From Amoeboaphelidium protococcarum X5 (Eukaryota; Fungi; Aphelidiomycota), in NCBI GenBank assembly GCA_023515725.1, contig JALDTO010000266.1, positions 2,108,762-2,172,761 of the forward strand: DNA of 64,000 nt, read 5' to 3'. The translations under genes and the position numbers were made by a program. Below the pieces are notes generated by a model. It had not been told where the DNA came from. It did no database searches and saw only the letters and a program-made list of their open reading frames with translations. Position 1 is the first letter of the stretch. Every line of letters starts with the position of its first letter. Positions 11,755-25,513 of this stretch are shown in pieces.

Positions 11755-12771
11755 ATGGCATCGAGAGATCGGACGGTGCTGTATGTGTAATATAGAAACT
11801 CTTTTGCAAAACCGACAACATATGCATAATAATAAAGTCACATCGGTGGTGGTGGTGGTAACTTGAGAGCTCATGCCAACATTCTTAAAAGTGATGATGA
11901 AGAATCGCTGTTGAGATCGTCCAATACTGGTGGTAGAGATAGTGCATAAGGCGGAGCGGTGGCTATTGAAATGACTGCTCTACCTCCACAATGGATGGAC
12001 ATTGTTGATCAGGTGGAGGATGATCTGCGGCAACTTAAAGATGCTCTCACAAAGTTAGAAGCTCTATAGAAAAAGTCTATCCTCACTTCTTTCGACGATA
12101 CTGATGATGTGGTGGATAGAGCGACGGCAGAGATTACAAGAATGTTCACGCAGACTCAGAATTAGATCAAGCGGATAGGCATATAGAGCAGTCGCCAGGG
12201 AGAGGATCCGGTATAGGTGCAGTTGGGGAAGAATGCACAGAGTGGTCTGGCTAGTAAACTCAGCGATTTATCTAATCGATTCCGATAGATTTAGAATTCG
12301 TATTTATAAAAGATTCGTGGCAGAGATGGAAAGGCGAATGACTTTTTGATTAAATCCGGCCTCGATGCTGTACTCAATCCATCATCTCAAGGTGGTGGTG
12401 GTGGATCTAATGGCATGAATGACATGCAGTTCATCCCGCAGTTCAATCAGTAATAGATGGAGTTGATAAACAGGCAATCTGATGCCATAAGTTAGCGAGA
12501 GAAGCAGATTGAGGACATTGCCAAGAGTATAATGCAGTTGGCAGAGATATTTCGAGATATGCAGACTCTGGTGATTGATCAAGGTACAATCCTGGACCGT
12601 ATAGATTACAACATTGAGCAGGTGAAGACTAATATTGAGCCTGCGTTCCAAGAGCTGTAAAAGGCGGAGTAATATTAAAAGAGTGGAAAGGTTAAATACT
12701 GCATAATCTTCCTTATCCTGCTGATCGTTATCCTCCTGATTGTCGTGATGTTCAAGCCAAAAAAGCGGTGA
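11755..12771 (+). CDS. TLG2: Syntaxin-16/Tlg2 Qa-SNARE, 338 aa
   Basis: MASRDRT N-peptide, LPPQWMD, SNARE motif LAEIFRDMQTLVIDQGTILDRIDYNIEQ, C-terminal TM helix; absent from the ORF track because of frequent TAR codons. Confidence 0.95.
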
Positions 12772-12887
12772 TTGATTGTACAGATAGTGTTTTTTACGCT
12801 AAGATAATAATGATAGCATTTATGAATTTATATACAGACAAAGTGATCTTCTATAAGCGCGATTTCTATTAGCTTACGTTAGTGTTC

Positions 12888-14597
12888 TCAATACATAGTC
12901 ATAATTCTCAAAGTCTTGTCCATCTGCACGATGCTAGCGTGAAGACGTTAGAGGGCTGCGTTGTATGCTTTCAGCTAATCCTATTCCACCTTGGTCAGGA
13001 TCATTGACTTGCTCTGGACCGTTTGCGCAGTCAGTCTTTCCTATTTATCCGCCAAAGATTTATATTCCTCTTTGGACGTCAAATCTCCAATCTTGATAAT
13101 CATGTTCAGTATCGACTACTTGATCCTGGTGGTCAGTATGCTCTAGAACTGGGAATTCGCTTTCAAGGTATACAGGGCTCTATTGGGAGCTCGATCGGAA
13201 CTTCGCGGCACCAGCTACCACTAAATGACTTGATCATTCAATAATTTAAATAAATTATTTCTACACTCGGCGATATCGAGAAAGCAGTATTTGCTCAACG
13301 TCTTCTCATCCAGAATCTAATGTTACTTGACAGCTCTGTACACACGGAGTGCCATTCCACCATGCCTAACCAACACGTAATCTTCAACAATTTCGCGTTA
13401 ACACTACGCCAACACTAGAGGAAAGTTTACGATAAAATTGCTATTATCCATTGGGCGGATAAACTAGACAAGACCAGAATCTGCATTGGACAGAGCATTC
13501 AAGTGACTGCGAATCACTCGTGCGCGATCATTGGATGGTATGGAGTGAATAGGACTCTTGGGATCATTTTGGATGACTTGCGCAACTTTCATAAGGTTGA
13601 CAGTCTCCACATCTTGACTCATCAGTGGGTGGTCCATGCTCCTTGTGGATAGATCAAGGATAGTGGACATTACACTTGCGGCGAATGGATGGATCTTCTG
13701 TGCCAGTTGGGACAAATCACGATTACGCAGTAGAACATTCAAGCGATCAAAGTCAATCACATAGTAATCCTAACCGCTACTATCACCGGCGTTCTTCATA
13801 TCTAGATCGCGAATAAATTAAGTTTGAGATAGGACAACGCGTTTAAATTGAATTCCTTCATGTAGATTCTAGACCAATCTCCGTTTACCAGACTCCTGGC
13901 CATACCCCAGTGTATCTGCGTCATTCAAACCGCGTTTCCTGCTTGAGCCAACCTTTAGATAATCATCGGAAGTCTTAAGACTCTCAGCGTGTTGCCTTGC
14001 GAGGTCATTGATATGCTACAGGTCGGAGGACTGAGATAATTTAACCACGCGATACTCTTGCTATTACGATAGAATCCTCAAGCTCTATTCCGCCGCTGTC
14101 CTGTCCATACCGCTGAGGGAAGCGACACCATCCACAGTCTATCTGCCATATCTGAAGAGGCATTTGAACACTGATAGAACGTCGCTGCTACTACTAGTAC
14201 TACCCCCGCTGTTATATCGGCACACTGATCCCGTGATAAACTTGCAATACTCTCCGAATCTCATCAATCTAAGAATCTAATCAATATCAACCAGCGAATA
14301 ATAAAAGGTGCTAACCAAACTCTTTTAATCCACTTCCTCAGTATATTTTACCAAATCCAATTGCAGCAGCACCTTCAACGCGTTCTTAATCTAAGATACA
14401 CGCATCTTACTATACCTCAAAATCATTCCGATTGTACACCTCCCATGTCTCTCTAAACACTCGCCCACTGTCTACACAACTATTTAGTAGTGATACACTT
14501 TATAAATAAAAAACGACTATTAAAAACTTACAGCGATATGCAAACCAAAGAACTGCTATAACACAGTCCTGACCAACTATCTATCGACATCAGCCAT
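12888..14597 (-). CDS. RPC3: RNA polymerase III subunit RPC3 (C62/Rpc82), 549 aa; intron 14472-14531
   Basis: VLQQFFGLHIA|TVGECLERHG...QIKNALKVLLQLDLVKY, RFGEYCKFITGSV, HGGMALRVYRAVK, LDEKTLSKYC, EVPRSSSQ..WVLE winged-helix repeats. Confidence 0.88.
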
Positions 14598-14750
14598 AAT
14601 TGATAAGAACCGATTTCAGCAGAGTTTTTCTCGCGCAAAGGAGAAAAGTGTCAGGATGAGCCGCCTTTTATTTTTATTGCTTCAATCGTTGATAGATCCA
14701 AGAGGGAATTATTTTTGTGAGAATTTTGGAAGTGAAGATTCAAGATAAAT

Positions 14751-15728
14751 ATGGCATTTTGGACTAGTGTGAAAGACAAAGAGTATAGAGCTCATAGTGG
14801 GCGCATTCTGTGTCTGCGATGGTTCGTTCGTGAGGATGGTAGAACTCTTTTGGCGACGGGAAGTGCCGATAATACGGTTAAGATTTGGCACATTGACAGT
14901 TAAGATGGAGTCATTTTGAGACATTGGACTCTGGAAGGACATAGTGGAAGTGTATAATCACTGGACTGGAGCAGCGATGGTTCTCGCGTTGTATCTGCAT
15001 CATCAGATGGCACATGCAAGTTGTGGGATGTTGACAAGCGTTGCTGCTTGGCTTCCTCTTAGAGTGGAAGCAAGAACTTGAACGTGAAATTCAGTCCATC
15101 TAATAGATACGTGATATGTGGCAATGTTAAAGACCTCGTGACTGTTCTAGAGATTGTGGATAATGATAATTAATGGGAGCAAGTCAGGTTGCGATAATTT
15201 GATGTAGAGGTGAATGAACTTTAATGGATCTCGTAAGATGGTAATGATGCGTTCATGGCCATGTGCACTGGTGATGGAATTGTCTAGATTATTGATTTTA
15301 ATGTCTGGATCTCTGAAGATCGATTGGATATCTTGTATAGATTGGCTGGACATGGCGCGAGTGTATATAATGTGTGTGTATCCCAAGATGGACGTTATCT
15401 CTCATCCGGTGGTGCTGACAGCATGGTCAATCTTTGGGATCTTGCGGATGTGGTATGTATCCACTCCTTTGCTGGTGCTTAATCTGCCGTAAGATCTTTA
15501 GCTTTCAGCCCTGATGGCAATTATTTAGCTGTCGCTAGCAAGGATTATGAGATGTAAATCTATTCCACTCGCTCCTTTGATCTAGTGGAGTCTATAAAAG
15601 TAAAATCGACTGTTAATGCCTTACACTTTCATACTGATGGCAATATGCTTGCTTTCGCTGGAGATGATCTCGATTCTAGAGGTTAAAAAGACGCTGGCTC
15701 GTTCCATATTGTTCGATTTATAAAATGA
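14751..15728 (+). CDS. THOC3: THO complex subunit 3 (Tex1), WD40, 325 aa
   Basis: KEYRAHSG, ICGNVKDLVTVL, FDVEVNELQW, GGADSMVNLWD, VRSLAFSPDG, LAFAGDD..DAGSF follow the THOC3 layout; ends TGA TGA TGA. Confidence 0.88.
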
Positions 15729-15792
15729 TGATGAAAATTTAGTACACATTTGATTGAAGATTTAAATAATATTTACATTTCCGTGCTTGCAA

Positions 15793-16258
15793 TCACTGTT
15801 CTCGTTTCTATACACTTTCTTTTAATTGAAAGATGCTGTTATCCAGGTCCTTAATCAAGTTCCCCGAGTCTGTGATAATCTACACTTACGCGCGTCAATA
15901 TCTTTGCTTAATTAAATGGTGGCCATAAGATATAGATAGATAGATATTACCTGGCTGTAGATTGATTCGGCAGACTTCAATTATTGTTGAGTCATTTAAA
16001 GCAATTGCTGTTATTCCTATAGTAAGCGATCTTCCTAATTCAGTCTATTGGTGAGCTGCATAACCTCATGTTGCAACTGGTCCTTCTTAGACATTCGTTC
16101 CTTAACGTCTTTAACTAACAAGGATTGCTACTCCTTTAGTTACTCAATTCCTACATTCTTGGCATAGATGTGCCTCTTACATACATCTTCAATTTGTAAA
16201 ACTTACTTTAAACTAAATGGTTGTTGTTCTGCTATAGCAATGCTCCATACTTGGACAT
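15793..16258 (-). CDS. SSNA1: SSNA1/DIP13/NA14 centriole and microtubule coiled-coil protein, 112 aa; introns 16151-16206 and 15880-15950
   Basis: Spliced MSKYGALLQQNNNHLVQRIEQLKEQQ...QLQHEVMQLTNRL...AESIYSQIITDSGNL aligns without gaps to SSNA1 (GAALQNYNNELVKCIEEL...LQNEVRQLTEKL...EAAYLKILESSQTL). Confidence 0.88.
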
Positions 16259-16512
16259 TATTACTAGAATCCTGGTTCTGAAACGTGCAAGTCTATTTAA
16301 AATTCGGAATTCAGAAAGGCGCGTGTTTTAATGAACGGCCTAGACGATGCTTGGCGTGCAAGTGATAAGAATAGCCCATCAATGGGATCACCTTATCAAA
16401 AATCAACCAGCAATCAAACTTGGAATACACAAAGAGAGATTTAAAAATAATTCTTCATTTTATCGTTAATAGTAATTGAAGAAGACATTCCTGAAATTCA
16501 ACAACAATAGTA

Positions 16513-17532
16513 ATGGTGTAAATATCAAAGGGTAGTAAGCCTCCGTCACCATTAACATATTCAAACGCGGCAAACACTCAAAAGACATCGGCTCTTCCTG
16601 TTGCGGTCGCATAGTAGAAACAACAACAACAGCATCAATCTGATCTGCAACGCACGGTGAAACAACTGATTGCCGGCGGTGTCGCGGGATTTGTTAGTCG
16701 CACCGTTGTATCGCCGTTGGAGCGAATGAAGATTCTGTTTCAAGTGTAGACTAATTCCAACATCAAGTATACCGGTGTAGTGGACACGCTCAGGACTGTT
16801 TATCGCGAGGAAGGTGTCAAGGGATACTTTAAAGGGAATGGCACAAATTGTCTGAGAATTATTCCATACAGTGCAGTGCAGTTTGCCACCTATGAACGGA
16901 TGAAACGACTGATGATGAAAAATGGCGAAACAGAGCTCGATACTTCTGCGAAAATGATCTCCGGAGCTGTTAGTGGATGTGCTAGTGTGGTGACAACTTA
17001 TCCTCTAGATCTCGCCCGGACGCGTCTAAGTGTCATGACTGATATGCGCACCTCTGATGGCAATCGCATGGGTATATGGAGATGTTTAACGCAGATTTTC
17101 AAATCTGAGGGCGGCTTTAAGGGAATTTATCGCGGTATCACGCCCACAGCCATTGGAATCATCCCGTATAATGCATTGAACTTTACCGTTTATGAATCGC
17201 TAAAGGAGCATTTTGGCAAGAGATCGGGGAACAAAGATCAGCAAGTGGGTGTTTATCAGAGATTGCTATTTGGTGGTATTTCAGGCGTGATTGCACAGAC
17301 AGTCACGTATCCTGTGGATGTGGTGCGCAGACGGTTTCAAGTAATGGGCATGAACAATTTTGGATACGTTTACTCTGGCACTTTTTAAGCATTGTACACC
17401 ATGGTGAAAGTGGAAGGTTTGCGATCATTATACAAGGGATGCATTCCTAATTACCTCAAAGTTGCGCCTGCTATCTCTGTGTCATTTGTCACGTACGAAT
17501 ATGTTAAACAGTTGTTGGAATAAACCCGGTGA
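16513..17532 (+). CDS. Mitochondrial carrier (SLC25; adenine-nucleotide/CoA-type, YPR011C/ADNT1-like), 339 aa
   Basis: Three Px(D/E)xx(K/R) motifs: SPLERMKILFQ, YPLDLARTR, YPVDVVRRRFQ; also GNGTNCLRIIPYSAVQF. Confidence 0.93.
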
Positions 17533-17610
17533 TTTTAACCAATGTCTTGATTGCGGCATTCAAATTTTATAACTACTTATCATCTTAAGCATTTTTTCGC
17601 AGTATTATTT

Positions 17611-18726
17611 ATGTCTTCTAATGATAATTTAGTGACTTTGGACAAAAGTTCTGGTTGGAGATTCTTTGCAGAGGGTAATGCGCATATATTGTTTAGACAT
17701 TGTACTGAATGGACAGGCTGGTTACTGCGGATTAGAAAAGTATCCTCCCCTGCACTGTAATCCATCGACTCGGATATTATTGTGCGTTAATTATTTGGTT
17801 TTCACTATGCTCCTTTGACTAAGAGTGTGTAAATTAAAGACGAGTTTGTTGACCATCTAGTGGAATAGTTTAAAGTGAGTGTTCCAGGTAGATCTACATC
17901 AGCTTAATTTATTGAAGATTGCGTGTGGCCGTAGAGTCGCGATCCACTTGATTCTATAGCCGTTGAGATAAAGCCAAAGTGGGCGTATAAGGATACTAAT
18001 GATTTTGATCATTGCAGATATTGCAGGTAGTAATGCCTGAAATTAGGTACTGGATAAATATCAGAAGTGTCATCGTACTGCCCATTAGATCTATTTTCTC
18101 GTGATACTAACAGAATCTGCGGTGCTCTACAATCTCTCATTTATATTCCCTAAAATAATCTCAAGGTGTTTGTTAATGGTTAATGTATTGAAGTTGGAAC
18201 TTACGTCTAATTTGCATAAGTAGTAACATAGGAGTGGAATTTAGCTTGCGTGTTGTAAGCTATACTGGAGTCTGATGACATTCTTGATCTATTGAAGTCC
18301 GCTTAAGTGTAGCTAAAAGATTATACATTAGTCAGAGCGTCGCAAGCCTTTACTCAGATCTCGCAACGTCAAGATGATCTAGATACACTACAGTAAAAAG
18401 TTGTGAACTTGGCGTCATATTTCTTGTATACTCGATCTGCAGGAGACGATGCTGATGACAATTATAGATCTCTAGCATTTTTCCTTCTTGGTAAAGCTCT
18501 GAAAGATCTATCCATCCTCATTAATATTTCTAGAGCAGCTATTCCAGGTCTCAAATCAATCTAAATTGATGGTTAGGCGTATTGGTATGCTATCAAGATA
18601 GTTGATGTTGATCTTAAGCCAGCGTCCAAGATTGCATCGTATATCAAGCAGGATTTAGAGATTAACTAAGCGTACTCTAAAGTTAGATTGGACATTAGTT
18701 CTTTTCAGACTAAATGTCTTGATTGA
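17611..18726 (+). CDS. IPK1: Inositol-pentakisphosphate 2-kinase, 371 aa
   Basis: AEGNAH, VEIKPKW, CRYC, YCPLDLFS, PQNNLKVF, KDLSILI, IVDVDLKP. Confidence 0.93.
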
Positions 18727-19113
18727 AGATTTGCTATCTGTTTAGCTATATTAGTGGTTAGACTGTAATCTGGATTTACCTACTGCACGGATGCACGAAA
18801 CATGATGAAAGGCCGACCTTCTATACCGTATAGCTCAAATACTATTACTATCAGTTTTGAGATATCAATCGCGTTTGTATTATGGGTGTTTTCGGTTTAC
18901 AGTCGCAGGTATTATATTTTGCGATTCTAGTAGGGAGCAAAACTTGTGCCCTTAATGCAGTATGGTTAGTAAAGACTTCACACTTATCTTACCGGTTTAT
19001 ATACCTTCGATTATGGTCTTGAATTTTAAAATGTTGAATATTCAAGTAAAAATAGCTTCGCGTGACTTCAAATATGACACTTAATGGTAAACTTCAAATC
19101 TTTAATTTAGTGT

Positions 19114-21181
19114 TCAAATTCTCTTTTTAATTGGGCTCTCTAAAACAGTCTTGCGTTGCTAGTTCATCCATGAGATGGGAGATCCAACACGACTACCGAA
19201 AGAACTTGCAGATCTCATACCGCCTGACGATGTTCCAAACTTTTACATCTAAGTGCCCAGCTCATACCAAGCCTGTACTATGATCTTCTGTTCGCGACTA
19301 GTCATCACCTTGAAGTCTTCAAAATCTCTAAATAGTTTCTGACATTCATCGTCTTTAGCTTTCACTTGAGCTTAAAGTGCGTCAACTGCACCAGCATCCA
19401 GTTATGCGTTGTCGCTTGAAGATCTCAAAGACTAGCTATCCTTTACTTGCAGCTGTAACTTCATAACTTAAGACTGCGCTTCACTTAGAGCCGTCTACAG
19501 TTGTGACAATTGCTGGTCTTGGCTACGACCAATCTTAATATCTTAATTCAACGTTAGATTGACCTTTTCTAATTCTAGTAACTTATCTTTTAACTGCAAA
19601 TGCTCTCTGTACAGCGTGTCTTTTTCTTATAATAACTAATTGACTCTTTAATTTAAAGATTCCATTTCTTATTGATGATCAACTGTTGGGCCAGAATTAT
19701 CTTTAGCATACGAAGTAGAAGAGATACTGACTTACTTTTACAACTAATGCAATTAAGAACGCAATCTCTAATTTTCTTAGCGAAGAGGATCATCGGCATT
19801 ACTAGACTCCTTCATATTCAAATCCAATGCAGGTAAAATCTCGCCTTCACCATGCCTAGAATCCACCAACCGAGACTGAGAGAGTTCAAACTAAAGTTGC
19901 CGAATCAAGTCTTCATCACGCATCTTGCTCTATTCCAAATCTTAAATCTTATTACGCAACTGATCAAGTTACTAAGTCTGAGCGAACGCAGTCGTGGAGG
20001 ACTTGAAATCAGCATCAGACAAACCGCCTTAATCAAAAGACTTACCAGCCGCCTTGATATACTCCTACTCCAACTGATCATATCTACTAGCCAGTACTAC
20101 ATTAGACTACTCTAGTTCCTACAGTTTCTTCTTGGTCTATTATGCATCATCCATCTTCTTTTTCAAATTCTCTAAAGCAAGTTCAGATTTCTACAACCGT
20201 AATATAGTGTGTTACTACTCTTCAACTTGATCCCTCAGACTCTGAGTACCTTGTACCTGCTTATTAGCCGCCTCTAATTTCTTGCTCAACTCACTAGTGA
20301 TATCCTGCTACTACCTCACTTGATCCTGCAGTTCAATTCTCTACTACTCAACTTGATCCAATTACTTTTTCAACTTTTCAACCTCAACTTTATACACTAC
20401 TGTTAAATTGGAATTGTTGTCCTATTACTCTTTGGATTTCTATTTAGCCGTGGCATTCTACAACTGCTCTTGTAATTGATCAACATCTAACTACAACTTT
20501 TAATTCTTCTCCTACAGAGTTGACACTTCTCGCTTAGAGCTGTCTAACTCTGACTATAACTAACGCAAAGTATCAGTATTATATTAAGATGACTGCTCCG
20601 GACTAAGATTCTACTCTACAGGTTCTTCTACTTCTTCCAATTACATACTCAATTACTAGACATATTCCATAATGGAATGCTAAGAATCTTCAGGGAGTAA
20701 CTGAATGTTCATAATGTATTCTTAGTTATCAGGCGAACGTATGGCGAGATTGAGAATAATAAAACCAAGTTCTGATATAGTCTCAGCATCATCACTCTAT
20801 GCCATTGACTGAAGATTGAATGATGTTGAGGTGTTCAACGTGACGTTCAATACTTGTTTATAATAGCTATTAATCTAACCAAATAATCGCTTCAACATTG
20901 TATGCTTCAAAATCCAGTTCTGACCAGCACCTTCATTGCTATTACCACCAGTACTACTCCGAGTAGATTCTTACAGAGCAGACTTACTGACAAGAGTAAA
21001 CCGATCAGGATCAATGCTATGGAGTAGTGCAGAGAACGTGGAGCCATCCGCCAAGTCTGCCAATTCATCAATCTTATCATTCGGTCGACATGCACGCCAC
21101 TACAATTATATATATTTCAAGTATAAATGGTGAAATTAATTGTGCACTTACCCATTAAAGAAGAGCCTCAGCTTAGTTCAT
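19114..21181 (-). CDS. HOOK: Hook family dynein-dynactin adaptor, 671 aa; intron 21100-21151
   Basis: N-terminal Hook domain (ALLQW|W...DLADG...LLHSIDPDRF...NWILKHTMLKRL), long Q/E coiled coil, C-terminal EQKIIVQAWYELG and SWMNQQR. Confidence 0.9.
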
Positions 21182-21618
21182 TTCAATTGCTAATACTGTG
21201 TGCTTCAGTGTTGAATGTGATCGTAAATGGAAAGGACAAAGAAGGGAGAGCGACGCGTAGAGTTTCTCACTCACTCTCTCTCTCTTTCTCGCTGTAAAGA
21301 GAGCTCCACTTGGATCCTTCTATTAACTTGAAGGTACAGCCCGATTAACATTGATATAATGGCAGTCTGTCAGTAAAAGCTTGCAAGTCATCCTCGATTT
21401 AAACTCTGAATGTTTTAATGATTTTACAGCTTTATGCTGATGAGTATCTCTATGCGTAGATCATGGCTATGCACATCGCTGATATAGGGCTAAGATATTG
21501 ATCTACTGATTATTGGTGATACATCATTGATCTGATGAAAGGCGCTTTATAGTATGTAAATGCCAAGTGAGTTTAATTTCATCTTATAAATGCAATTATT
21601 AGGAGTGATTATCGCAAT

Positions 21619-23100
21619 ATGTTCAAGTACAGTAATATCTGCTTAAGCATCATTATTGGTAATCTTCAACTTGCAACAGTATCAGCGCTGGATTCTTTGA
21701 CAATATCAGGTAATCGCTTTGTGGACAGCAGTGGTAACGCGTTTGTAGTCAGAGGCTTGGCTTATTAGCCAACTGCTAATGGCTAATTTAAGGATGTTAT
21801 TCACAATGATGCTAGAAGTGTTTGGGGTCAAGATATTGACTATTTCAAAGAGTTGAATGTCAATGTTCTGCGTGTTTATGAGACTGACCCCACTCTGGAT
21901 CATTCAGAGTTCATGCGAGCGCTTGAGAGTATTGGTGTCTGTGTGCTCTTTGATTTACCAAGTTCATAGAATTCCATCAACAGGAAGGATCCATCGTACT
22001 CTTTGTAGTTGTCGGAGATGATGAAGTCAAAGATTGACAACTTGGCCAAGTACTCGAACACTATGGGATTCATCATTGGTAATGAGGTGGCAAACTAGGC
22101 TGGTGGTAATACGTCTTTAGCAGATGCGTTTGTCAAGACTTCATTGGTAGATATGAAGCGTCATATCAAGTAGATGGGATATCGTGCTATACCTTTTGGA
22201 TACGCAGCTGCTGACATTGTCGAAATTCGCCGTGAAGAGATGCAGTATTTTTGCTGTGATGACAGATCATCAGATTATAATGTCGACTTTTATGGTCTCA
22301 ATAGTTATTCATATTGTGGAAGTGAGTCTGATTTTGCCAAAGCTGGGTACGATCAGCTGGTTGATATATTCTCTGTGCCTGGTGTTCCGGTATTGTTCAC
22401 CGAGTTTGGATGTAATGTTGTTTAGCCGCGTACATTTAGTGAAGTGCCAGCTATTTACAGTGACGAGATGATGGCCGTCTTCTCCGGTGGTATAGTGTAT
22501 GAGTATACTCAGGAGACTAATGGCTATGGTCTGGTGGAGAAGGCTGAAGATGGCGCGGTCAGTAAATTGCCAGATTTTGATAATTACTTGTCAGAGATGA
22601 ACAAGGTGAGTTTCAATGTGCCTTAGGTGAAGTTTAGTGCATCTGAATCGTGCACTCTACCATTAGTCAATGAGCATTGGATACTTTCATCTTCTGAAGT
22701 ACCGCCAGTGCCTTAATTGGAAGTTTGCGAGTGTCTTTCGTAATCTTCCCAGTGTACTTACAATGGTAACTCTGATAGTCTTGTCGATGCTTTGAATTTG
22801 GTGTGCGGCCTCCTGATTCAACGTGGATCAGATTGTGATGAGATTACTCCAGTGACAGATGATGGTAGTTTTGGTGATTTTGCTTACTGCGCAGTATCGA
22901 ATAAAGTCAACTTTGCCTTGAATAAACTGTCCAAGTCTGGCGGTAAATGTGATGTTCCTGGCTCGTCAGTATAGAAGCCTGCATAATCTGAGAGTTAATG
23001 CTAGGAAATGGCTTATTAAAGTAGTGGTCATAATCTCTTTACTTCTGGTTATTGTGAAGAGCTATTGATATTGATTGTGGTTATATTTGTGTTGGTGTGA
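21619..23100 (+). CDS. GH72 beta-1,3-glucanosyltransferase (Gas/Gel/Phr) with Cys-rich X8-like domain and GPI-like hydrophobic tail, 493 aa
   Basis: Signal peptide, RGLAYQP, ELNVNVLRVY, catalytic IGNEV and FTEFGC, FSGGIVYEY, Cys-box, hydrophobic C-terminus. Confidence 0.95.
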
Positions 23101-23239
23101 TTTAGAGGATGCAAGTTGATGAAATGGTTCCGATGCATATCAATTCAAGAAATTATAATTTGACTTTGCACAATGAAATCAATATATTTAGCGATGTATA
23201 AATTTAATAGCTTATATTTCAATTTTATATCTTTTGAGA

Positions 23240-25513
23240 AGATGAACACTATTAAGATGCTTTACACGAATTGCAATTACGCGATAGTCTTGATAAGTTC
23301 GCGTTGAACAAGGTCTCTATCACTTAGAAAATTCATTTTGACAGATTCAGTTATTATCATTGAATGCAGTACGTATAAGAATGCCTGCCTTATATTTTTC
23401 AACCTTATCATAGAGATGGAACCAGCGTAAGCACAGATAGAGTTTGTCTCTTCCGATTACTGGCAACAACACGCTGATAGGGATACTTTTTTTACTAGCG
23501 ATATCAAAATGAGGACTAAATGCAATATCATAAAGATACATTCACTACAGAATCTTGCAATACTATCCTCATGCCTAACACGGTGACATTTTGGTATCCA
23601 AGCGGTAGTGTAAGCTCTATAGAGATCGGCTTGATATTCAATAAAGATCACACTTGACACCACGGAGGTGCTTGACACCGCCGAACAATTTGCATGACGA
23701 CGAACTTTATAATTTATACCATTGATATTCTCAATGAGCGCTGACTTTTACCACATTCTCCTCCGACTTTCATCTGGGTTATCAATAGTCGCCATAGACA
23801 CATACTCGATTTCCTCCTCAGGAAACACATAGAACGTATTGATTATGGATAAAGTTATAGCATACATCTCGTATCTTGAAGTCTTTGCCAACTCTTACAT
23901 ACCATATACAGCCAGTTTTAAAGGAGCACTTATTTCTTTCACCACTAGCTTCTGAATCTCACACTAAACTTGCTCAAGGCGGTCGTATCCTTTCGTTTAA
24001 TCTTTCAAATCTTGAATGTATATTGATTTGAACAACTCAAGAAGCTCTTCATAAAGCTTCTCTGCGGACCGACCGGAGTATACTCAGTAAAACAATTCAT
24101 GAGCGAAATATTGCTTCTCCAACAAAGTTTTCACGTTATTGACATTTAATACAGACGACTTTCTTTGAGGATGAGTTTATTAAAAGTTTCCATCCAGAGC
24201 AATTTATAATAATAGCGGCATCTGAGACTCTACAATAGAGGAGATGAAACGAGCTATAGATGTCAAATATAAATCCAAACTATCATCAGTTGCAAAAGTT
24301 TCATCAAACATCCATCTCATCAACGATCTATGAAAATTGCCACAGTAGTAGACAGCGTTGGGGCAAGCCATACAATCAAGATTATAGCTAAATCAATACT
24401 TCTTCTCAAGTGCAATATAGAGCCGCACGGTTCCAAAAAGGTGCTTGACTCATTGTAGAGCAAAACAACAGCCGGCTTCTTTTTAGTCAATGCAAAATAT
24501 ACTTCTGAAGGAGATGACACGGAAGACAACAGCGTCATATTCGACAACATAATGAAAGGCTTATATAACTTGCCTTTTTGAACAGAGATGGAACTTCGGA
24601 AGCAATCAGTCTCAATGACTAAATTAAAAACGTGTAAAAGTAGTAGCTGCTACACTATGCACATCAGAACCAAAAGACGACATGCTGGCAATAGATGATT
24701 CGGTGGAAATGGATGGTACATTAGCCATTAGGAATCAACGACTGATTGCAACTGCTATTGTTAATCAGCAACAGAGAGTGCTTGAAAAGATCACGAATTA
24801 CGTAAAGGATAATAACTTGATCACCTTGAAACCAAACCCGTAGTTTAGATTGAGCTTTCACTTTCTTCGATCCGCGAACTTGTTCTATATCAACAAATCT
24901 AGGAGCTATATCTCCTCTTTATCGACGATACCCAACATGACAAGCCTAACGATTGCAAGCCATACATGAAACTCTAGTCAAATTCGTTTTACGACGACTG
25001 TTAAAAGGATGGAGGTAAGAGGTAGACTACTAATCGTAAGTTCAGAGAGTTGAGAATCGACTGAACGATTGTTCTTCAACATTTATTTCAATCTTTCGAA
25101 GACTCTTTCTACTGTAAAGCACGCATTAAATCATCAATGAAACCATAAAATTTTTACAAGTTCCAGCAGGATGGCACACTTAAGCTTGACCAAATTTATC
25201 TTCTCTGTATCCAGAGGAAGCTCTTCCGGGAGTACATGGTGCATTAACAGCATGCGTGCGATAATTTGCCTTAATCTTCTCAGCAGGAGCAGCAATTAGA
25301 AATCTGGGCCAAATGCCAAATTGATCTTCTATTTTGAGTGAATCTTCTAAACCTTTTATCATTTCACATCCTCCCATAGATCCAAGAATGATTACTTTTT
25401 TCAACTCTTAAGATGGACTTCAGAAGTCTGAGTTTAAATATATTTCTCTATTTAGTCAACCTCAAGTACGTTTACTACCACAGTTCACATTCATCACGGT
25501 TTACAATGATATA
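23240..25513 (-). pseudogene. Large degenerate ORF, possibly a P-loop helicase (DUF3987/YfjI-like) remnant, interrupted by the Tc1 insertion and continuing to about 26800
   Basis: Long coding-like stretches broken by TGAs and frameshifts. Joining across the TA site gives YIIVNRDECELW (Walker-B-like), followed by VIILGS and DQFGIWPRFLIAAP (Arg-finger-like). Limits are approximate. Confidence 0.4.

Noticed and set aside
18802-19065. 87-codon ORF in frame after the IPK1 stop (possible readthrough)
   Set aside because: With a single stop codon, ORFs of this length arise by chance; no recognisable motif.
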